In this document: one piece after another, positions 48,470 to 58,700 of the stretch
Position numbering within the stretch: position 1 is the stretch's first letter
Layout of the letters: each line of letters opens with the position of its first letter
Assembly (NCBI GenBank): GCA_002269645.1
Contig: NIVC01001103.1
Coordinates: 248,001-312,000, forward strand
Direction: 5' to 3'
DNA: 64,000 bases
Source: Macrostomum lignano
Taxonomy: Eukaryota
Translations under genes and position numbers: made by a program
The notes under the pieces: model-generated
Database searches by the model: none
Seen by the model: only the letters and a program-made list of their open reading frames with translations
What the model was told of the DNA's origin: nothing

Positions 48470-50758
48470 CTACCGCACCAAGGAGCTGAGAAGCTCGGGC
48501 CCTATAATAGACCAGAAAGTGATAACAGACCGCAGAACAGGCACTAGCAGTCCATAGTACGCGGCAGCCGGATAGTCTATCTTAGTCAGCACGTGCCAGC
48601 CAAATGGTTGCATAGTCAGCTGATTAATTCTACCGTCAGAGTCCAGCCGAACCTGCAGGGTGATGCCGTCCAGGGCTGGCAGGCGGCTGTCCACCGGGCC
48701 GTCCAGCACCAGGCAGAGCCGGTCCGGGCTCATCGCCAGCACGCGGCTGCCGCGGTTGCCATCGTTATTCCAGACGCCCTGTAAGTCAAATGGAGTGGGG
48801 ATCTGGGAGGGTGGCTGCATGAACTGTGGATCTGGGAGGTGGCTGCATGAACTGGGGATCTGGGAGGGTGGCAGCATGAACTGTGGATCTGGGAGGGTGG
48901 CAGCATGAACTGTGGATCTGGGAGGGTGGCAGCATGAACTGGGGATCTGCGAGGTGGCTGCATGAACTGTGGATCTGAGAGGGTGGCAGCATGAACCGTG
49001 GATCTGGGAGGGTGGCAGCATGAACTGGGGATCTGGGAGGTGGCAGCATGAACTGGGGATCTGTGAGGTGGCAGCATGAACTGGGGATCTGGGAGGTGGC
49101 TGCATGAACTGGGGATCTGGGAGGTGGCAGCATGAACTGGGGATCTGGGAGGTGGCTGCATGAACTGTGGATCTGAGAGGTGACTGCATGAACTGTGGAT
49201 CTGGGAGGGTGGCAGCATGAACTGAGGATCTGGGAGGTGGCTGCATGAACTGGGGATCTGGGAGGGTGGCAGCATGAACTGTGGATCTGGGAGGGTGGCA
49301 GCATGAACTGGGGATCTGGGAGGGTGGCAGCATGAAACTGGGGATCTGGGAGGTGGCGGCATGAACTGGGGATTTGGGAGGGTGGCAGCATGAACTGGGG
49401 ATCTGGGAGGGTGGCAGCATGAACTGAGGATCTGGGAGGGTGGCAGCATGAAACTGGGGATCTGGGAGGTGGCTGCATGAACTGTGGATCTGGGAGGTGG
49501 CAGCATGAACTGGGGATCTGGGAGGTGGCAGCATGAACTGGGGATCTGCGAGGTGGCTGCATGAACTGGGGATCTGGGAGGGTGGCAGCATGAACTGGGG
49601 ATCTGGGAGGGTGGCAGCATGAACTGGGGATCTGGGAGGTGGCTGCATGAACTGGGGATCTGCGAGGTGGCTGCATGAACTGTGGATCTGGGAGGGTGGC
49701 AGCATGAACTGAGGATCTGGGAGGTGGCTGCATGAACTGGGGATCTGGGAGGGTGGCAGCATGAACTGTGGATCTGGGAGGGTGGCAGCATGAACTGGGG
49801 ATCTGGGAGGGTGGCAGCATGAAACTGGGGATCTGGGAGGTGGCTGCATGAACTGGGGATCTGGGAGGGTGGCAGCATGAACTGGGGATCTGGGAGGGTG
49901 GCAGCATGAACTGAGGATCTGGAAGGGTGGCAGCATGAAACTGGGGATCTGGGAGGTGGCTGCATGAACTGTGGATCTGGGAGGTGGCAGCATGAACTGG
50001 GGATCTGGGAGGTGGCAGCATGAACTGGGGATCTGCGAGGTGGCTGCATGAACTGTGGATCTGAGAGGGTGGCAGCATGAACCGTGGATCTGGGAGGGTG
50101 GCAGCATGAACTGGGGATCTGGGAGGTGGCAGCATGAACTGGGGATCTGTGAGGTGGCAGTATGAACTGGGGATCTGGGAGGTGGCTGCATGAACTGGGG
50201 ATCTGGGAGGTGGCAGCATGAACTGGGGATCTGGGAGGTGGCTGCATGAACTGTGGATCTGAGAGGTGACTGCATGAACTGTGGATCTGGGAGGGTGGCA
50301 GCATGAACTGTGGATCTGGGAGGGTGGCAGCGTGAACTGTGGATCTGGGAGGGTGGCAGCGTGAACTCTGGCCTCTGATCATGAACAATGGCGCGAACCT
50401 GAAAGTAGAACACATGCCACAGATATCTCTCCCAGTTGCAGCGACCGATCAGCTGTTTAGTCGGATCGTCATAGCTGGCATCTTTGCTGACTCTGTCAAC
50501 AAAATCGCCGTTGGCTAGCGCCCTCTCGAAGTCTTCGCCGGAGCGGTACAGTCTGCTGAGGAAGTCGGCTGTGGCAGCCTGGGCAGGCGTCGGCTCGCTG
50601 AGTCGGCAAGCTGAGGCTTTCCAGTCGGCCTCGGCGTCCGCTAGCTGGCGCTGGGCGGACCGGTGGCCGGACAGGGTGAACAGCGCCGGACCGGCAACGC
50701 AGGCCAGGGCGTAGAGGCGGGCCAGCCGGCCGACCGGTTGGCGAAGGCGGGCGGTCAT
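48470..50758 (-). CDS. uncharacterised 222-aa protein, probable NTF2/SnoaL-like fold (paralog B)
   Basis: Exons 50758-50399 (MTARLR...FYFQ|gttcgc) and 48778-48470 (ttacag|GVWNNDG...LVR*), phase 0. Motifs DASYDDP..LIGR and VRLDSDGRI. The start codon could lie further upstream. Confidence 0.8.
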   Translation of the reverse strand: MTARLRQPVGRLARLYALACVAGPALFTLSGHRSAQRQLADAEADWKASACRLSEPTPAQAATADFLSRLYRSGEDFERALANGDFVDRVSKDASYDDPTKQLIGRCNWERYLWHVFYFQVRAIVHDQRPEFTLPPSQIHSSRCHPPRSTVHAATLPDPQFMQSPLRSTVHAATSQIPSSCCHLPDPQFMQPPPRSPVHTATSQIPSSCCHLPDPQFMLPPSQIHGSCCHPLRSTVHAATSQIPSSCCHLPDPQFMLPPPRSTVHAATSQIPSFMLPPFQILSSCCHPPRSPVHAATLPDPQFMQPPPRSPVSCCHPPRSPVHAATLPDPQFMLPPSQIPSSCSHLPDPQFMLPPSQIHSSCSHLADPQFMQPPPRSPVHAATLPDPQFMLPPSQIPSSCSHLADPQFMLPPPRSPVHAATSQIHSSCSHLPDPQFHAATLPDPQFMLPPSQIPSSCCHPPKSPVHAATSQIPSFMLPPSQIPSSCCHPPRSTVHAATLPDPQFMQPPPRSSVHAATLPDPQFMQSPLRSTVHAATSQIPSSCCHLPDPQFMQPPPRSPVHAATSQIPSSCCHLPDPQFMLPPSQIHGSCCHPLRSTVHAATSQIPSSCCHPPRSTVHAATLPDPQFMLPPSQIPSSCSHLPDPQFMQPPSQIPTPFDLQGVWNNDGNRGSRVLAMSPDRLCLVLDGPVDSRLPALDGITLQVRLDSDGRINQLTMQPFGWHVLTKIDYPAAAYYGLLVPVLRSVITFWSIIGPELLSSLVR
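48795..50365. repeat. 28-30-bp minisatellite (GAACTGGGGATCTGGGAG(G)GTGGCAGCAT)n filling the paralog B intron
   Basis: Directly visible; explains three overlapping open frames. Confidence 0.97.
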
Positions 50759-51357
50759 GGCCAGCAGGCGGGACAGCGGGCCGCCGCCACCACCACCACC
50801 GACAACTCCGCCAGTTTTGGCCGCTCGTCTCTGGGCTCGCTGAAAGCCGACAAAATTTTACACTTCTAGTGATACTAAATATAATTGCAGTTGCAGGCTA
50901 GTCCTACTGAGCTTGTTTCTCAATGTCACTAGCTTATTTGCAAATTTGCAGCGCAAGCATAGCACCAAAATTGTAGACAGATTTTGTACGCAATATTTGT
51001 CATCCAAATCCAGAATACACTCAGTGTCTGTGTTGCTATGAGCAGGCAGTCAGACTTGACAACTGAGCCAAAAACTTATGACATTTCGTGCTGCCTCAGC
51101 AGTTTTCATTTTCATTCATCGTTCATGCAGCGCACCTGTATAGTGATTTTGTAGTGAAAGTTCATGTCCCAGCAGGTGCCTCAACAAAGCAAAGGCCACA
51201 GACGACTTTATTGTCCAGTGGTAGGCACGCAAAGATACGGCGGACAATTTCGGCAGAAAGTAAATTACAACTTCTCTAGTTTATCTTATTTCCACTCAGT
51301 GTAAAATTCTTTACACTTGGTGGGAAATCTGTTTTCCACTGAGTGGGCTCAGCCGAG

Positions 51358-51366
51358 TATAAAAGG
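51358..51366 (+). promoter_or_regulatory. TATA box upstream of the decayed ORF
   Basis: TATAAAAGG about 100 nt before ATG 51461. Confidence 0.45.
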
Positions 51367-51460
51367 CCAGCCCCACCGCCTGGAAAGGGCCCAAATCCTT
51401 TCTGACTGAACTATTGCACTCGATACTTTAAGCCAGCTCAAGCTCCTGCGACGACCCGCT

Positions 51461-52406
51461 ATGTCCGAGGACTACGAGGACCTCTTCTCTATGTTAGGGC
51501 TGACCAGCCAGCCGGCTAACTAGGGAGACGCTGATGCCTAGGCCATTCGTATGATGGATAGCCTCCCCCCAGAACCACCGGCTCCGGAGCTACCAAGCCC
51601 CACAGGCGAACTACCTGAAGCAAGTGGGCGCTGGTGGTAAACTGGGTCCATGCCTCGCAGCCCAGCTCTGCAGCCAAGGTGCAGTTCCAACGGGCCCTTG
51701 CTACCGCCATCAAAGACGCAGCCTATCGCCATTGCTGTAATGTGGAAGGTGACTGGCACTGGTTAGCCAGAATTCTACCCCACCCAGTTGCTGCCCGCCT
51801 TGTCCAGGAGGCCTGCCAAGAGGCCCTGCGACGCCAGCAGCAACTGGGTGGCCCTCGGCTGGCACTTGCCACCCTCCTCTACCAAGGTTGGAAATCCTGT
51901 TGCTAGCTGGCCCTTGGGGCTCAAATTCCAGTTGCCAATGGTTATTTTCGGTTGTCCATTAGCAACTAGCCAAATTCTCGAGGATGGATATTTCCAACGT
52001 TATGTTTGAAATTTGAAAAGCAGAAATTTGTTCTCTCAACTCTAAGATTGCTATCTATTCTGCAAACAATAACAAACTAACAATTCCAGCATATTGATTC
52101 ATGGCACTTTTATTACATTTACAAAATCATTTTTTGAAATTGGCAACTGGCACGGGGAAAATAAAGTTGCCAGATTGGCCTCTGATGCCAAAAATTCAGT
52201 TGCCAATGAGATTTTCCAAGAGGCCAAAAACCCCATATGGCCCAAAAAACCCTGTCTACTTGGTGTATTGGAAGGTTGGCCTGCTCAGGCATAGATGCCC
52301 AGCTGAGCTCCAGCAGCTAGATTGGTCCTGCCTACTCAGTCTGGCCCAACTCAACAGACACTTAACCACTGATGCCCTCTACCTAGGGCCCAGAGGAGCA
52401 GCCTAG
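51461..52406 (+). pseudogene. decayed ORF of unknown origin, split by an insertion
   Basis: MSEDYEDLFSMLG... with in-frame TAGs and a frameshift. Removing 51883-52254 plus one TCTAC restores ...RLALATLLY|LVYWKVGLLRHR... in frame. Confidence 0.55.
51883..52254. mobile_element. 372-bp MITE-like insertion with 5-bp TSD
   Basis: TSD TCTAC (51878-51882 and 52255-52259). Ends CAAGGTT / AACCCTG. Internal repeated GTTGCCA motifs. Confidence 0.75.
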
Positions 52407-54421
52407 AAAAGTCAGTCTTGGCCACAGTTTCAATATCCAACAACTTGGCGCCATCCCTAGCCAAGCGTAGACACCATTCTGATGCATTATATAGAAGTTT
52501 ACTTTTTTGAAGCATGCCAGGGGATGTAGTAAGTGAGGCCTCCCACTGCTCCCATCGACTATCATTTATTTTCCTTTATGTGAATTTGGACACCTAGTAA
52601 ACTGCATTACTCCACTGACATCATCCCCTATATAGCAATCTTTTCCTCCTAGTGTACTTTTGGGAGCCTATTCATTGAATTTTTGTTTGTTGTTATTTTG
52701 AATAGGGTATTTCCAGTGTTAATCATCACTACCTAGTAATAGTATACATATTCTTTTCTATTACCTGTAACCCTTTCTCCCAACCAGGGTAACCCCTTTC
52801 CTCTTGGTGGCTCATGAGAGCAGTATTTAAGTGTCTACATCCCCTTTCCTGCTAGACTTAGTGGAAAATCCCCTTCCTAGACTCCAAGTTTTGTAAGCTC
52901 AATTTCCTAACCTAAGCAGCTTCTCTCCCAATTAGCCAACTAATTAACATTGCTTATTGCTAATAATTATTATTTGCTGAACTTTATCCTATTTAATAAT
53001 AAAATGATAATAATAATATTCCATTACTATAGTGCATCAGCTATTTATTAAGTAATTGATCATTTTTAAGCCAGTGTCTTAAGCTTTTATGACTTGAAAA
53101 GCATTTATTTGACCATTGGTAGACTAACAAAAAAAAGTTACTAGGCAAATTTGTGCCAATTAAGTCTTGAAACTTTTCTTTGCAAATTACCTGTGGTAGT
53201 AGCAACCTACTACTCTTAGTACAACACTTAGCAAATTTTAATTTTATTTTAAGTTCTTTATAGCAGCTATATTTTTGCATTTTGGCATTCTAAGAGATAG
53301 GCCCTAGTATTAATTAGACCACTTAGCTATGGCCATAGCTACCTTACCCCTAAGCCTAGGGAACTCAATAGCCAGAGCTCCCTTATTTTGCACCCCAAGT
53401 TAATTTGATTTTGTTTTAGTTACAAAGACTAACACTGATTAAAACAGTCTTCAATAGAGGAAAACACCCAACATGAGACTAAGAATCCAAATTTTTTGTC
53501 TTCAACCTCTTATCCTCAAGACCTTTATATTTAATGGTATTAGATAGGATAATATTTGTATAAATTTTAGACCCATTAATATCATATTTGGTATCATACC
53601 AACATTAAGATTTTTGTCAATCTAATAGTTTTAAATAATTTTAGAATTATTGGCATTATATTAGGCCTAGTAAACTTTTTAAAAATGACTATTTTTGCTA
53701 AAAACAGATATTCTGTTTTAATTTTTTTCTTGCAAATTGCATTAATCTAAATATATATTCTTTTTTGTTTTTAATTATTTTTTAAAGAGCTTTTGTTAGT
53801 TAATAGGGCCTATTCAACTATATAATTTTTATTAGACCTAAACTTGGCAATTTTTTGTATGCCATCTATCTATACTTCATATTGAACCTGAAATTCTATA
53901 TGCTAAGATTTTAGTAAGGGCAAAATATACCAGATTTTTCTAGTATAAAGGCTACTTTCTAGACTAGGGGGTATATGCCCTATATGGTGCACATTCCAAA
54001 GAATATGCTGAAATAATTGCACCTTCCTAATTAAGGTATATAAAGACATAGAAAGCTATACTAATTTTTGTTTTTTAAATTCTAAGCCTAATCTTCTCAT
54101 TGAATATTACAAAAAAGCCAAGACAAGGGCCTATGTTTTCAACAAAACAAGTGATTTTTAATATATAAGCCTATACTATATATAGCCCCCTTTAATTTAT
54201 GTTACATTGTATTGTATACTGATATTTTATATAAAGGTTTAGACAAAGTATTATATTTTATATATTTATTGTTAAAAACATTGATAACACTTTATATGTT
54301 TTGTTATAAGTTTGTTTATCAAAAGCTATGCTGCAAAAGCAGTCAGTTAAAACATTAGCAATTTAATTTACAGTAGGCCCTAATACATGTAACTAGGAGT
54401 TGGATTATTTGTATCGCTGGA

Positions 54422-54427
54422 TTTATT
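54422..54427 (-). promoter_or_regulatory. candidate polyadenylation signal of bZIP-2
   Basis: AATAAA on the minus strand about 110 nt after the stop codon. Confidence 0.5.
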
Positions 54428-54537
54428 TGCATTGCTGCTCCAAGAGGAACACAAGAGGAGATCCATCAGGTCTCCTCGGACTTGGCATGCATGTACGAGT
54501 ACATGCGTGGTTGCTTGTATAATTACAATTTCCGAGT

Positions 54538-56948
54538 CTAAAACTTTGATGCATAGAAGTCTTGGTATCTTGCAGCCAGAGGGTACTCCGGCACTTCGTG
54601 ATGTTGATGAAGCTTTGGCCTGTGGCACTGATGGCACAGGTTTAAGACTTGCTGCTGGTACAGCTGATAAAGATGATGCTGCTGCTGCTGCTGCCGCTGC
54701 GGAGCCGGTCCAAAAAGTTGCTGATAGTTGGTGACCATCTTTTTTAGGCGACTGTTCTCCAGTTCAAGATCTTTCAGTTTCTAAAATCGGAGGCACAGAC
54801 TTCGTTAGTTTTAACAAATTTGATTTAAGAAAGAATGCTTTTATATTGTAAACCGAAAACTTTTACACAACGGGACACATTAACATATTAACATATTTTG
54901 TTTTACTCGTATGAAGTTTCATGAAGATGAAGCCTTATGATTAAAAAGTGACAAAAATTTCTCGATAGTGTCTTCTTCGTCGAAACGACGGCCTTCGAAA
55001 ATATTCTTCTTAGAAACGAAGTTCCCGCGTCCTAAGCCGCCGAATCGAACTCCAAGAAAGATTTAAGCATGACGAGAAACTTCATTTCGTAGAAAAACTG
55101 TAAGACTGGCTTCATGCGAAAAATGCACCAGGAAGGTAGGAAGGAATCTTTCTACAAAAATAGCGATAAAAACGATCTTTCATAACGACATGCTTACTTC
55201 GTCGCTCCATTGATTTTTAAAGCTTTCTCTCTAATAAGAAGTTATTCATAAACTGTTTTATACTTTTAGCTAATGAGATTTTCAAATGACCAAATAGTCT
55301 CGCAATTAATTTTTCAGTATTCGATCTGTTTCCACAATAAAACATTTCTGTTGCGCCGAAACATGAAAAGTTTCGATCACGGTAGCTAGTGCATTTATTC
55401 ACAGCCAGCCTTCAAAAACTTCCTTAGAAACGAAGTTTCTTATCGCCCTTCCCCCTTTTCGAATATCTGCTCAACTCAACTCACGGTCTTCATTTTGGTC
55501 TCCTTGGACTTCTTGTTTTCCCGGCACCTTCTGGCTGACAATTTGTTTCGCTCCCGTCGGTCCTCCATCTTCCGGCGGGCCTCTTCGCTGAGCTGCTCGG
55601 CAGAGGGGGGGGCAGGGGTGGCAGGATTTAGTGCGAGCTGATAGCTCTGTGCATCTAGCCGAATTCATGTGCGTGAGCAAATCCTAAATTCCTTTGAAAT
55701 ATCCGCATTAACCTTGGGGGAACCCTGGTTACCCCTCGAGATAATCATGGTTATACCCTTAGAGAGACCCTGGTTACCCAGCTTAGAGATACCCTGCATG
55801 GTTACCCAGCTTAGAGATACCCTGCATGGTTACCCAGCTTAGAGATACCCTGGTTACCCTTAGAGAGACCCTGGTTACCCTTAGAGAGACCCTGGTTACC
55901 CTTAGAGAGACCCTGGTTACCCTTAGAGAGACCCTGGTTACCCTTAGAGAGACCCTGGTTACCCTTAGAGATACCCTGGTTACCCTTATAGAGACCCTGG
56001 TTACCCTTAGAAAGACCCTGGTTACCCTTAGAGAGACCCTGGTTACCTTTAGAGAGACCCTGATTACCCTTAGAGAGACCCTGGTTACCCCTTGAGATCT
56101 CACTGAAAGGACTCACCTGCGGTGGCTGTGCCCTGACCGCGGCCAATTCCTTCGGATCAATTTCATCTTTGCCGCTATTTATTCTGCTAAGGAGTATCTT
56201 GCACTTCAGCTCCTCCATGACCAGCCGCCTGTACTCCTGCTGATGATCTTGGTCGTTCTGCTGCTGCTGTTAAAGTTTTATGTGTACAGATTATAAGCGC
56301 AGTTCGAGCTATTCTTTTTCCTGTGTCAGCTGCGTCTCCCTGTGTCAGCTGCGTCTACTACCTGTGTCAGTTGGGTCTCTACTCTCTGTGTCAGTTGGGT
56401 CTCTACTCCCTGTGTCAGTTGGGTCTCCCTGTGTCAGCTGGGTATCCCTGTGTCAGCTGGGTCTCCCTGTGTCAGCTGCGTCTCCCTGTGTCAGCTGCGT
56501 CTCCCTGTGTCAGCTGCGTCTCCCTGTGTCAGCTGCGTCTCCCTGTGTCAGCTGCGTCTCCCTGTGTCAGCTGCGTCTCCCTGTGTCAGCTGCGTCTCCC
56601 TGTGTCAGCTGCGTCTCCCTGTGTCAGCTGCGTCTCCCTGTGTCAGCTGCGTCTCCCTGTGTCAGCTGCGTCTCCCTGTGTCAGCTGCGTCTCTACTACC
56701 TGTGTCAGTTGGGTCTCTACTCCCTGTGTCAGCTGCGTCTCCCTGTGTCAGCTGCGTCTCTACTACCTGTGTCAGTTGGGTCTCTACTCCCTGTGTCAGC
56801 TGGGTCTCTACTCCCTGTGTCAGCTGCGTCTCTACTCCCTGTGTCAGCTGGGTCTCTACTCTCTGTGTCAACTTCTACTCCCCTGTCAGTGCCAGATAGA
56901 TTTATGTGTGTATTCTCCCCTAAATAAATGCCAGCAGCTTACCGTCAT
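54538..56948 (-). CDS. ATF3/JDP2/Fos-type bZIP transcription factor, 168 aa (bZIP-2)
   Basis: Exons 56948-56943, 56266-56117, 55592-55485 (108 nt: LSEEARRKMEDRRERNKLSARRCRENKKSKETKMKT), 54780-54538 (KLKDLELENSRLKKMVTNY... zipper), all phase 0. EELKCKIL motif resembles ATF3 KEELRFAI. Not present as one ORF in the track. Confidence 0.85.
55722..56092. repeat. 21-bp minisatellite (GGTTACCCTTAGAGAGACCCT)n, bZIP-2 intron
   Basis: Directly visible. Confidence 0.95.
56320..56885. repeat. 19-bp minisatellite (GTCAGCTGCGTCTCCCTGT)n, bZIP-2 intron 1
   Basis: Directly visible. Confidence 0.95.
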
Positions 56949-57081
56949 GATGAGATGTGCACCTGAAGAAGCGAAGGATAGCACAGTTTCATAAAAATGT
57001 GTCAATTATTCACTATTAGAGTAGCAGCTGTACCAAGCCAATAAGATTGGTTCAACTCAAGCAGCACTTACAACGCTGGGG

Positions 57082-57342
57082 TTTATATAGAGCAGCCGTG
57101 AGCTATTAAAGATCGCCATAGCTGGTAGCGTTTATCTCAGTACTAGCCACTAGCGTAAATTAGATGATTGAACGATGCGAAAATGAGGTGGCACGCGGAT
57201 ATGCTTATGCATCCCGTATCAATAATTTTGTAGTTAGCCAACGCCCCCCCTCCAGCCAGCTCACCCGCCGCCGCAGCGCAATTCCGCAGCCACCGGTGAT
57301 TTGATAAGAATGCGGCCGCAAATTTTTTCAGCGATGACGTGT
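57082..57342 (-). promoter_or_regulatory. candidate bZIP-2 promoter: TATA box and CRE/ATF-like site
   Basis: TATATAAA at 57089-57082 (minus) and TGACGTGT at 57335-57342. Confidence 0.5.
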
Positions 57343-58029
57343 GGCTGTAAAAATTAGCCAAGCCAAAGCCAGCCGCCATCCACTATTACATGCAGGTGAG
57401 CAGGTCATTTTACACTAACAAGGACCCCGATAGATTTCTGCATTCTCTATCAACCGATGTTGTCAACCGGATTAACAGATTTTCTATAATGATAAAACTG
57501 AATTACTTTTTATATTTTGTTGCACAGAACTTAAGATGAGTGTCCGATCCAAGTTAAGCGCTGTTGGTCCTGGCTAGTATAGGAAGTCATTAAGCTTTAG
57601 CTGTGCTTATGTGCGACCTCTAATACAGTCTCAGCAGCTCGGCGGTGTTCGACTCCAACACAAGGACCACTAGGATGTGCAAGGAAATTGGATCAGTGTG
57701 TTGTTGTTGTGCAATTCGAAACTCCTACATGTACAGGCACAGAAATTGTACACAATACACAATCTGACGATTAGAAAGTCAGGGCCGCTGTACACCCTGT
57801 GTGAGCATGTGCATGAGTGCCTGTCTGCGTACAGCATTGGCGCGCTTGCCTGTGCTCAGGAGTCAGCGGAATTGGAAGAATGGCTTCAGCGCGTGGTTGC
57901 CGAAGGCGTTACGCCAAGTTCTTGCCTAAAATGCTACCGGTCAGCAGGAAAACTACCGGCGAAGTTTCAGCAGTCCCTGACTCTGCATGGCGTGCATTTT
58001 TTTCTGGCTCAGATGTTTTTCTACCGGAT

Positions 58030-58700
58030 TTGTCTATGGCGCAACCCCATTTGCACATGAAACTCGGATTTGTCTATGGCGCAACCGGCCATTTGCACAT
58101 GAAACCCGGATTTATCTATGGCGCAACCCAATTTGCACATGAAACTCTGATTTGTCTATGGCGTAACCCCATTTGCACATGAAACCCGGATTTGTCTATG
58201 GCGCAACCCCATTTGCACATGAAACTCGGATTTGTCTATGGCGCAACCGGCCATTTGCACATGAAACCCGGATTTATCTATGGCGCAACCCAATTTGCAC
58301 ATGAAACTCTGATTTGTCTATGGCGTAACCCCATTTGCACATGAAACCCGGATTTGTCTATGGCGCAACCGGCCATTTGCACATGAAACCCGGATTTATC
58401 TATGGCGCAACCCAATTTGCACATGAAACTCTGATTTGTCTATGGCGTAACCCCATTTGCACATGAAACCCGGATTTATCTATGACGCAACCCCATTTGC
58501 ACATGAAACCCGGATTTGTCTATGGCGCAACCGGCCATTTGCACATGAAACCCGGATTTGTTTATGGCGCAACCCCATTTGCACATGAAACCCGGATTTG
58601 TTTATGGCGCAACCCCATTTGCACATGAAACCCGGATTTGTCTATGGCGCAACCTCATTTGTAGATGAAACCCGGATTTGTCTATGGCGAAACCCCAACC
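58030..58700. repeat. ~40-bp minisatellite (TTGCACATGAAACCCGGATTTGTCTATGGCGCAACCCCAT)n
   Basis: Directly visible. Confidence 0.95.

Noticed and set aside
48470-50758. 762-aa ORF as the primary product
   Set aside because: Canonical donor and acceptor flank the repeat, and the spliced 222-aa product aligns collinearly with paralog A.
54432-54734. Plus-strand ORF with poly-Ala, and minus-strand alternative frame SAAAAAAAASS...SGCKIPRL
   Set aside because: These are the antisense and shifted frames of the bZIP-2 zipper exon, whose frame is fixed by the phase-0 junction.
57661-57673. 13-mer CAAGGACCACTAG shared with the SINE hairpin at 450-462
   Set aside because: Dozens of 13-mer matches are expected by chance among all position pairs in 64 kb, and there is no flanking homology.
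57677-58182. 127-aa and 121-aa plus-strand ORFs between the bZIP genes
   Set aside because: No recognisable motifs or convincing splice sites, and both end in the 40-bp minisatellite.
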